A DNA stretch of 64,000 nt from Bugula neritina (Eukaryota; Animalia; Bryozoa). Positions within the stretch are counted from its first letter, which is position 1, and each line of letters starts with the position of its first letter. Both the position numbers and the translations under genes were made by a program. Of the stretch, positions 33,901 to 45,357 are shown piece by piece. The notes beneath the pieces are model-generated. The model was not told where the DNA came from and did not search any database. It worked only from the letters and a program-made list of their open reading frames with translations. The stretch lies in contig OZ037766.1 in NCBI GenBank assembly GCA_964035545.1, positions 9,910,722 through 9,974,721 of the forward strand. Direction: 5' to 3'.

Positions 33901-35156
33901 GATACAATATACTTTTTTAAAAAACAATTGCACACTTATGGTAGAGTCTAAAAAAGCAACTCTTTGAAAACACTTTAACTGGTCTAGTAAACTATTACGG
34001 CAGTAGGGAAGTTTTAGTTTTGAAAGTAAAGGCACTCATGCAGAATGAATAATGAACAAATGGAAATAGTAGTTAGTAATAATGGTAATAACAAACTAAT
34101 AATAGTATTGTGGTATAAAAAAACTTTTGCATGAAAAAGTCATCAGTGCTAGTGAATCTTATTACCCGGACTGAATTTAATGTAATGAAGATAGCTGTAT
34201 CATGAGGTGGCGGATTTGAGAGCAGCGACTTGCAACAATGTTGGGACTTCTGGAGTACAACCAGAATGATATGACAATTCAAAATTTCTCCAACAATAAC
34301 CCATCCCCCCCCCCCCACCTAGTCTGAATTAGACGGCATAAGACTAATGCTATAACTTACATGGGTTTAGATACAACCTCACTGACATAGCCCCAAGAAT
34401 CATGGTATATTGAGGAGCAGATTGAATGTCTAACAAGATAATTATACTTTTGAACCATGAGAAAAATCCAGATATAATTTTCCCCATGGTAATCAACTAA
34501 GTACAATCATTTATAGACTAACAAGCAAGAAGCTAAATAATATGATAATTAAAACAACAATCACTGGAAGATATTTATTCATAAGCAATAATAGAATTCA
34601 CTAGTCTTAATGAACTGTAATGCCATAAAGGTAAAATTAGTACGAGTATGTAAGAAGTGTGAGATCATTCACGAGAGATGATAGATGATTTCCTGAATTG
34701 TAATAACTGGACTTCCTTTTAAATACTGCTACCCACCGTCTCCATTTCTGCCTGCATTGAAGCCACAATAATAGATTGCTGTTCCAGGCGTTCTTTAAGA
34801 GACATCAATCGCTCATCTTCAACAAAAGGGAAGCTGCTAGCATGGTGCTCTTGCCCCTCTTCAATAGAGACAACTTCAGGTGACATGGGCTTCTCCAATA
34901 ATTCTGCAAGCTCCACGTACCCTGCTTCTTTCATTGCTGTTATAAACTTTGCCAAACCATCACGGTTTTTTGTAGGAAGGACACCCAAAAATATTCGCAT
35001 CCTTTGAGCTCGAGTAGCACCAGACTGAATATTCTCACAATCTTCTTCGCTTAGAACATGCTCTTGAAAGAGAAAATCCGTCACATCTTCAGGATTCAGA
35101 TTCCGTACCAATTCAACATAATTTTCTCGCAGCTTCTGGCGGCTTTGATGGTCCAT
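30902..35156 (-). CDS. CARD - coiled coil - Rho-family GTPase - polybasic/CaaX fusion protein, ~416 aa, 3 coding exons
   Basis: Exons 35156-34737 (CARD-like LRENYVELVRNLNPEDVTDFLFQEHVLS..FITAMKEAGYVELAELL), 33336-32722 (coiled coil, then GDGGTGKT, YVPTIFDN, WDTAGQDGYDKLRPLSY, NKTD) and 31117-30902 (CSA, RVRRRKDPCLCM*). Both introns are phase 0 with GTGGGT/GTAAGT donors and AG acceptors. Confidence 0.82.
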
Positions 35157-37649
35157 GACTCACCCAAATTCTACCAATAATGAAAAATACTATTAGGCTT
35201 ATAAATCTAAAAGTTATAAAATCATTGCGTATTAAGCTATTACTAGACTTGTGTGTTAAATCACATCGAGTTGCTTATCTAAAGTTGGTCGGGATCAAAA
35301 GACCTTATAAAACTTGGCGTGTTCAACAGATAAATTTTAGAGAGTGCCAAATTTATTTTATAGCTTATTATGTTAAAGATTAATAAACATGAACCATGAA
35401 AATTTTTTGCTGACTACTAATGTGAGGCATGGGAAGATTCATTCCCTGTTTACTCTAATGGCTTTGTGCAAGTCATAAGTCATTGAAATATTCTTTGCCA
35501 TTGAATAAAGCCAGTAATTTGTTTAGCATGTCTAAACATGGTTCTTTCCCTTTCAAATGTGTATATTACCTTCTAAATTATAACTATATGGAGTACCTTG
35601 CAGTAAATGTTATGTCAAAACTAGTAGCTGATCATTACAATATTAGTTTAGGATATCGTAATGCAATAAATTATGAATGCTAGATAAACAGTTTCAACAC
35701 TATCAAAGTTGGATTAGGCTTTGTTAAAATATGCTATTCTAATTTTCTAATTCACAAGATCCTCATTGAGAATCAAGTTCTTCACCATTTGTGCCACCCT
35801 AAAATCTTCAGTCACTTTTTATTACTAATAAAATATAAATAAACACCCATTTCTAAATAGCTATATGGCGTCAATACCAAAAACTAAAACGCTGATTATT
35901 TCATAATATATGCATGTAACTACCCACTAATTTTTATGTAATGCTTTAAATAAACATCATATGTATTCGTGATGACCTGATGAGACACATGCAAGTCAAC
36001 TATAATTAACTTGTAAATATCCTACTAATAATTGACTTGGGTCAACCCAAGTCTTAACACAACTCTATTTAGAGCCTGGTCACTTTTTTAGTCTATGACT
36101 TGACTTGGTTAGTTATTGACCTAACCTGGCTTGCTATGGCTTCAACTTAGTATTTTACAGTCAATCTGACCTGGCTTTTTACTTAACCCATTTATGACAT
36201 TTCCCATCACTATGAACATTTTATATAATAGTAATTAATAACTGATAGGCTAACAAAAATCGTCTTGTTGTAATCTTAATTTATACTAACAAGTTATTAT
36301 TTTATATTTAATTTAACAATTAAAATTTCTTATTTTTACTTATTCAAATTTATGCCGAAACACAAAGCAAAAGTAGGCTAGTTAATTCTAGTTTATGATC
36401 TTTACAATGGTTACTGATACTCTGGTAGTTAATGACAATATTTATACTTTAATTTTATAGTTTGAGTTTATGTTATACTTTCATTAAAACTAACAACTTA
36501 TGTTAGCATATTCAAAGTATTAGTATCACTGTAAGTGTATCAGTATGATTAAATTTAAAAGCTGAAGAGAGTAACCCTGCCACACTTACTCTTGATAAAT
36601 GACACAATCACAGCCACTGACCAGTGATTGTGATTGGGCTTGTATAACTAAGTCTAACGTCTAAGAGTAACTGTAGTGTAAAGTGGATATCACCAACAGT
36701 AACACTAAATAGTAAATAGTAATGCTAATAGTAATAGTAAAACTAAGTGAATCATAAATGTAATAGTACTACTAGCTGACTAATAGTATGTGTAACTGAC
36801 TAACAGTAAGTGTTACTCAGTTACTCAAAGTTACTGTTAGTAGCTGGTTAGAACTAAGAATAAGACTAAGAGTAAGAGTAACTCAGTAAATTAGTTTTGC
36901 TGTACCTCTTACTAGTTTCACTGTTACTAATTGTGATATTAATAATACAGTAAAACTAATTCTAATAGTTATAGACTTAATCACCTATAGTAAATATAAT
37001 TATAATACTAGGTCTAATAGCAAACGCTCTTGGCTAATGCTAATTCAGTAACAACAATACTACCAATAAATATAATTATAATGAACAACTGTAGTCTCAG
37101 AAAATCAAGTGCTGTTTAGTGTTTAAGTTTAAGTTAGGTGTTAGTCAAACTTTCATCTATCGTATGTATAATCGGATTAAATGTACAAAAAACCATTATT
37201 TCATTTTTCTTATTAGAGTAGTCTAGATAACCTATTATTCTTTCTTTATGCTACACAGTATTATAGATTGTGACTGTTACTTCTTGACTGTTTGCAATGT
37301 TCTGGCTTTTGACTGTCTCGGGGAAGTCACAAAACGGATTTACCCGGAAATGCTGAAACTCTAATTGGGGCAAAATAAAAGTCGCTAGTTGAAGCCTAAA
37401 GTAAACGACCAATCCAACCAAGTTTGAACTTTTATTGGGGCTGCGTGTCTCGATATCACACTTCATTTATTATTTCAGTGTCAAATAAACCGCTGAAATG
37501 GGTTGTTAATATTTCGATTTAGACAAAAGGTTAGAGCTTAAATAAAAATCGTAACGGTGCGCCCACCTTCAATTTGCATTTTAGCTAGCTCTTCTTCATT
37601 ATAATTATATCATGTTCAGATTTTAAGGCTTCAACTTTTGCTGCTAATC

Positions 37650-37792
37650 GAATGGTTCTATAAGCAGCTTCGAGTTGGTGGTGAATGAGTGCGGTAGTTT
37701 AGAGTCTGACGTTTGGATTTATATCTTCAACTCGTAATTTCTAATTACTGCACTCATTCACCGCCAACTCGGAGCTGCTTATAAAACCATTC
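37650..37792. repeat. Inverted repeat with ~50-bp arms (MITE-like or hairpin)
   Basis: GAATGGTTCTATAAGCAGCTTCGAGTTGGTGGTGAATGAGTGCGGTAG at 37650 is reverse-complementary, with few mismatches, to 37745-37792. Confidence 0.85.
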
Positions 37793-38636
37793 CCGCTATC
37801 ACAGTTTCCACAGATCTAGGCTTTCAGCACGTGCAAGTAAGGTTTGCACCAGCGTGAGTTTGCGCATAGTCACTCACATTGAAATATAAATGGAGTTCTA
37901 ATACTAATAGTAATAGTAATTAGTATTACTATTACTATTAGTAATAGAATAATACTAATAGCGGTTAAAGTGGTCACTAACTCCTATTTTATTTGTAGCT
38001 CCTCTTTTGCTTTTAGTTTAGCCTTTGGCTTTTAGTTTTAGTTTTTGTTAATCTAAAAGTAAAAGTAAAACTATTTAATTTTAAATTTTCAAATCAGTAT
38101 GAGTATGACTATGAGATTGGGTATCCTTCTACACAAAACCTGAAAATGGTATTGGTAGTGGGCGTAGTGCCAGTGGTCAGTGGTAGTTCAACTCAAACAA
38201 TATTCAATTTTAATTTAGCATTGTGATTGTCGAAAGTTATGTGTATTCGTACATTAGCAGTATGAGTATCAGTCTATCACTATAGAGTTAGACAGTATAG
38301 TTAAACTTAAAGGCACCTAACAAACTCAGTCATCAGTATGTTATTGTTGATGTTAAACTTTAAAGACTAGAGAGCAAAAATATTCAAGACTAAATTTAGT
38401 CAGCCGAGGACCTAAGTTTTAGTTTACTCATTTCAGTTTGGGGGAGTTTCCCACTAAGAACCCCTGAAAGGTGAATGCATGGGAACTCGATATATGCATA
38501 TACATAATATATGCATATAATACATATATACTCTTTTTTTATATTAGATCATTCATTTATTTTATTTTCTTTTTCTTTAGTTATAGGTTTAAAGTAAAAT
38601 GTAAATACAAAAATTTAAGAACCAACACTCTAGTCT

Positions 38637-39310
38637 AAATTCCATCTCTCAACTCTCTAGTAGTTCGAGGATAAAAAGAGGGAAAATATACTTTTGAAGA
38701 TATTGCAGGCAAGAAAAACTTTGAGTGTTGTCTGGTATTAATTGGAGGTTGTGGAGCGACATATCCTTGATTTATTCAATCATTTTCTATACATTTGAAA
38801 AATAGTTTTTGCCGCAATTCTTTTCGACGGTCTTTCATGGATTTAATTCCTGTGGCTTCTCGCAGATTGCTGTAGCTTACTTGTGATTTTATAGAAAAAA
38901 TAAAATGCAATGCTTTATTTTGAACTTTTTCAATAATTTTAATATCTGTTTTTAAAACAGGATCCCAAACCTGACAACCATATTCCAACGTTGACCTCAA
39001 TAAACTGTAATATGCAACAAGCTTAGTTTTTGTGTCTCTAGATTTTAGTACTCTTTTTATCATTCCCAGGTTTTTATAGGCATTGGTTATTATTTTATTT
39101 ATATGATTGGTCCACTTCATATCATAACTTAATTCAATACCTAAATATGGATGTGATTCTACGTTACTTAATCTAGTATTATTTAAAGTATATATTATAT
39201 CAGAATTTTTTTCACCAACTGATATAACTGAGCATTTGGCTGCATTAAAACACATCTGCCAGGTATGGGACCATTTCTCCACGGTATTTAGATCTTGTTG
39301 TAGCTGATTT
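38637..39310 (-). mobile_element. 5'-truncated non-LTR retrotransposon (CR1/L2-group LINE), C-terminal part of ORF2
   Basis: LQQDLNTVEKWSHTWQMCFNAAKC..YLGIELSYDMKWTNHI..AYYSLLRSTLEYGCQVWDP..IEKVQ is the RT thumb and post-RT region typical of CR1/L2-group elements. The RT core is absent. Confidence 0.85.
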
Positions 39311-39519
39311 TTATTTTTTCTGACTCGAGTCAATTTTTATTTTAAATTAACTTTAAGTTCAAGTTGGAAATCTTTTGTCAAATTCCATGTCAACTTTGAG
39401 TCTCATAGTCATAGTTTATAATTATTAAGATGTAAAACTGAATGTAATTATTAGTATAAATATATGTGAATGTATTGCTCCTTTCAATGGTTTCGAGATG
39501 TTCAAAGTTAATCACTTAA

Positions 39520-42500
39520 AGGCGGTAAGCTTCCAGGTTATTTATTACATTTGAGCAAAAGTTTGCATGCTTTTCAACTGTTTTAGCAGCATTTTACCCA
39601 ATTTCTTATACGAAAACACTACAAAAATGTAAGTAAAAGTGGTCATATTAGGTGTCTTAGACTTGCCCAGACTTGCCCGCGAGCGTGCCCTCCGTGACGT
39701 GGGGATGGCAAAATAGCCCAATTGTAGCGTGAGTTTATATCGCGTAAAGTTATTAAGAAGCGGGTTTGTCACAGATTCTCGTTATTCGTAGCTCAAATCA
39801 CATGAATGTTACTCTTCGGGCGGCTACTAATAACTAACGTTAGCTACGCAACATCAAGAAAGGTAACTAATTTAACTGTTTTCAAATGGACTATTCCATT
39901 TCGCTAGTTTGTAACTTGCTGTAAATCACAAAATAATTATTTTCCCTATTTTAATTTCAATTATCATGTCGACCACACTACCAGAAAATTACTCTTAAAT
40001 ATGCAGTAAATGATGATTTTCAACCGTTTTGTGATGAATTATAGGTTAGTAGTTGTCTACGTAAAACCAAGTTTTGAAATTTGTAACTAAATCAGTGAAT
40101 CACAGTATCAGTATGAGTGTCACTAGTCTAACTCTATTTCTATGACATTGACTCTCACTCTAAGTCTATGACTATCGCCTATTGGTGAACTATTATTAAT
40201 AATATTCAATGGTTATATTTATTAATACTATTATTAGTCATAATGATAATCATATGACAGTATCAGTATGTTAATGTTACGGAGCAGGATCAGTTTCGAA
40301 ACTAATACTTTAACTTATACTTATAGTTATAATATTAGTTATAACTATAAGTATAACTATAACTATAAGTTATACCGATAGCTATATTAATATAAATATT
40401 TATATTCATAGTAATACTAATAGCAAATGTAATATTATTATGTTGATAGTTATACTTGTAAGTTATAATATAAAGCAAACGACACAAGTATTAATTTCAA
40501 TTTGAACTGCTGGTCTTGAAATAAAAAGTGAAATAAATATAAATAATAAAATATAAATTATAATAATTTAATTATACTAATACTTATACAGAAATATAAT
40601 TATAATAAATTTATAAAACTTAAACAACTTTTAATTTAAGGAACAACTTTAAATACAAACATAAAGATAATATTAAATAATTATAATCATAATGATCATA
40701 ACAATAAATATAATTATGATTCCAATAATTATCAATATATTATATAATATTTATTGCAAGTGAAAGTTAGTTATTCTCCGCCAGCTGCATGAATGTGACT
40801 GGTAAATTTTGTAACCTTTGGCAGTAATAACTTTGTAGCATAAATTAGACACATTTTTATGAAAATACATAATTTTAATGCTATAGCTGCTAGTAATTCT
40901 AATGGGTGTAATAATATTACTTTCACCAGCATTAATTTTTACTTTGTTCATCTCTTCATAAAGCATTTTCTAAATCCTTTTTTGAATAAATATACATATA
41001 ATGTGCTGAATAGATTACATATGTTGGGGTTCTTCCTATACTGCAGCTCAGCCTACACTCCCCCCCCCCCACAAATGTTCCTAAACTACTAGCTTCATCA
41101 GGATACAGATTGATGGAGCTGTATTGATAAAAACTTCTCTTTTTAGCAGTAGAGGCATCATGAAAAAAAAGGCAAGTATTTTACTCAATAAGAATTCGGT
41201 TTTTTACTTCTACAAATTTGATAGCCTACACGATTCTATTTAAATGGAAACTGGTCTGACATAATGTGTCTGCAATTTATTAGTTATAATATAGTAAATA
41301 CTATGCAGGCCTATAGATCAAATGGCTCAAAAAAAATTAAATAAAACATTACACAATGCTGTATTTATTAGCAATGTAATACTTAGCAACTAATTTCACA
41401 TTATTATTGTTTGCAAAGTTTCATACATCTACATATGTTTGTTCAATTCAGTGTTCTGAAGTAGAAGGTTCCAACAGCAGGGAAAAGCCTTGAACAAGAT
41501 ATTATGTTCTACATCTCCAACTCATTTTAACTTTGCTGGTCAGTTCATTGTGTATCTGGAGCATAGTTTTGTATTTTCAAGTAGTCCATCAGATAACTTT
41601 GTAGATAGTAAAGATTAAAATGCTTGTGCAATGATGTCCATAATGTTGAACCGATTTATTGAAACTAAAACTGTTCTTAATTATAACAAAACTTGACAAT
41701 CTTTACATAAAGAATAATGTCCTATAATCTATCTTCATTGTAAACAAAATTAGAAAGTTCCACACCAGCAAAATGTTAATCATCATCTGTAGGTGGAAGA
41801 CGCGTGCACTCAGTTATAAAGGCAAGCTGACGGTGGTTTTCTTTGCCTTCTATGAAGATTTGGAAAGAGCCAGAAAATTAATACTCTATAACTGCAAAAC
41901 CATGTTGTAGTGTCTTATGTTATTGATTGAATCATCTAAAAGAAAAATTGTTGTATCATTATAATTTTACTGTTAATGAATTAGCAAATCTACTTATCTT
42001 GGTAAATATATTCAAGAACAAATACTATAGTGTAACTCAGTTTTGGTTATGTGTATGCTCCTTAAGCGAATTTACAGCAGATATCAAACTATATATTAGA
42101 GACTGATATAGGAATTACATTTAAGCTAACCATGATGATGTAAATAGCTGTTGTATGTGACTTCGAGAACTCTGCTGGCCATGTCAGTTCAATTACACCA
42201 GGGTGATCTGTTACGAATCTCATGTCATTATTGAAATTCAGCTTTTTCAAGTGCCTCTTCACAACTCTGGCAGCATTCTGACTGCTCCTTAGCTTTCTGC
42301 ACCTGAACTTTCTTCTACTTGCACCATTCTTCTATTGGTGGAATGTTAGCCTATAACAAACAGGTGTACCAAAGCTAAAAAAAATATCTAATTCAATGCA
42401 CTAGGATATTATTCAACTCATTTAAATTTAATATATAGCAGTAAAACAATTACATAATTGTATTTATTTTATCAGCTTTACTTTACAAAGCTGAACCATA

Positions 42501-44307
42501 TAATTTAGTAACTTGTCATCATAATAAACTTTGTACAACATACAAATTGAAAACCTGATGTGATTGCTTTTTTAATAGAATATACATCAAAAACATGTTA
42601 CTTTGATAAGCGTGTTTATAATAAAAGTATTAAACCAGTTTAAAAAAAATTATTTTGTTATATAAGGGATCACAAAACTAAATCATTTTAGACCTGTAGC
42701 TCAATGTTCCTCAAGCAACGGGCTGCTATGACTAATTAATTTTCTATCATTGCATTTGACTGTTCTACTCATAGTGTATTGGCGAGTTAAAATTATTGGT
42801 AATTTAATGTATATTTTAGCTACCTCTGTACAATCAATGTCATAGTAATATCAATTAGGTTTTAAATTTCACTGAGTTTATAGTAAATTATTGCAATCGG
42901 TACATAACATTTGGCTAGTTCTCTAGTTCATTAAATAACCATACGAACTTAAATTTACAACATGAAAAAACACACAAAGCAAAATTAAAATAATCATATT
43001 ATGAACCAATGTAATTGATAAGCGATAATGCTGTTGTAAAACATAAATTATCAAATTGAAATAGTTATTATTACTATTAGTATTACTATCATTATAACAA
43101 CTATAACTATTATTAGTATTACTATTACTATTAGTATTAGCATTAGTAGTAAAAAATGAGTAGAGTTCAACATATACAATCTAGTTCACAGTTACTATAA
43201 AAGTAGAAGTAGAACTTTTAAAACTATTATCTCCATCATTATCAGAACTATGAGTAATACTAGTACAGTACTAGTAGTTGTACTAATAGTAATACTAGTT
43301 ATTAATACTAAAAGACAATAGTAATAGTATCACTATGAGTATGATACTTGGGCTGGCAGTGATTATCACTATCAGCATCATCATAGTGATAGTCAAAAGT
43401 TACAAGAATTAGAAGCCATATTCATATTGATATTCTCATTGAGTTATGCACAGTCATATTCATAGTAATAGTCAATCACTGATTGAGTTAATGTCATAGT
43501 GATACTCATACTCATAATTAATTTGCACGATACTCATACTCATAGTGATAGTAATACGTCACCGTGAATTTCAATTTAATAATAATTTTAATTTAATATT
43601 AAAGTGATATTAATTATTAATATTATCATTGAATCATTCATTGTTGCTAATATTATGTCTTACTCTTAGTCTAACAGCAGCTCTATAAAGAAGTTAAACA
43701 TAACTGATAACAAAACACATTTAAAAAATAATACTGTAACAATCAATATAATGCATATCAATATGAATATGCTAGCAACCTAATTTTCAGCCCACTTCAT
43801 TAACTTTCTGTGCAGTATTGTGAATTGTGATAAAATAAATTTATTAATGGTGACCTTGACATCTTCGTCCAAATGCCTTTCACGTCAAGCCCCGAACCAA
43901 TTTGTAAAAATTTTGGATTTTTTACTTTTGATTATTTTTTACGAAAAGAGCTTCAAAATAAATTTAAAAAAAAGTGAGCTGTTGTCCACATGAAAAGAAA
44001 TATATGAGTTAATTTTCTAAATTCAGGAAGTTACCAGAGGATCACAATATTTTTTTAAAAAAATCTTCATTTTCACGACAAGCTCTATATATTAATATAG
44101 AAAAATAGAAGACAACTCTTCTTTCAGATTTTTCATGTGCCACGGTCACGTCAATCTCAGTGCTATTAACACATATATTTTAATTCATTTTTTCTGGTAT
44201 ATTGAGTTGAGATTTTTTGTATATATTTTGTGAATGCAACTAAAAAAGTATGATCTTTTAATTAACAGTAATTGATTTTATCAAAATAACCTGGATGCCT
44301 ACGATGT
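39520..44307. mobile_element. Possible degenerate TTAA-flanked DNA transposon (Kolobok-like)
   Basis: TTAA|AGGCGGTAAGCTTCCAGGTTATTT versus the reverse complement of the right end TTAA|ACATCGTAGGCATCCAGGTTATTT (about 18/24 identical). The interior has only broken coding-like fragments and no transposase I can recognise. Confidence 0.3.
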
Positions 44308-45135
44308 TTAATGCTTTTAAATTTCGAAAGGCAATTTGAATAATGGGATTGCAAGTGCTCAAGCTCACTAGTACGAGTACTCAAACCAGCTGGTACCCAG
44401 TTTTAGTTATATTTGCTCATTACATCAAGCAATTCGGAGATCACCTAGCAGTTAGTATTACAGTAATTCAGTACTTGGCATGTTTTGCAAAGTCTCCTGT
44501 CTTTGTTCCGCTTTTAGACTTGAGCTGCGAAATGTTTCAACAAGTTCAACTACACTTTGCTTCATAATGGTTGAGTCTTTAGTCCACTTTCCGATTGATC
44601 ACTTCAATTGACCTATATCACTATATTAATATTGTTCATTAGTTTAGGTTCATGTTTACTGCAACTATAAAGTTTGTACTACTGTAGGGTTTAATACCCA
44701 GTATTAGAATATGTTCATCTGCGAGTATATACCTTAGCTGTTATCTACAGACTGTTTGAAAGTTGTATGTTCAAGCAATTTTGTTTTATAAGAAATGTTG
44801 TGAAAACATGTCTTGAATTAATTTGGGATTGCTCAAGTTTAAATGTTCAAACCACCTCTGTGATTAGGCTATGTGTTGCAGAAGTTACATGTAGCATGCA
44901 ATGAAAGTTAGCAATAATTACTATTAGATAATTACTGTTAGATACCACAGAATTTAGAGCCTACGGAAACTTGGGATTTGAAGTTTGAAATTTTTTGATT
45001 GCTCGCTGATGAAGTTTCGATAGGCTCTGAATATAATGATTACACATAATCTTTTGTAGAACTTAAATTCTTGCCAGAATTATCATACTAAGAAATACTT
45101 TGATTTTCTTTCACTGTTGGTGCTTAGAAATAATT

Positions 45136-45263
45136 ATGGCTAAACGAAAGTCCAAGGTAAGTAGTAAATGATGAAATAAAATCCATTTTTATCAAACTCG
45201 ACATTTATTATTGCATAATTTTTCCTTTTTTCAATATCAAATATACATACATGCATATATACA

Positions 45264-45357
<94 letters not shown>

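Noticed and set aside
42131-42350. Exon-like segment with AG/GT boundaries on the minus strand
   Set aside because: Stops in all three frames near its 5' end and no recognisable homology; not called as CDS.
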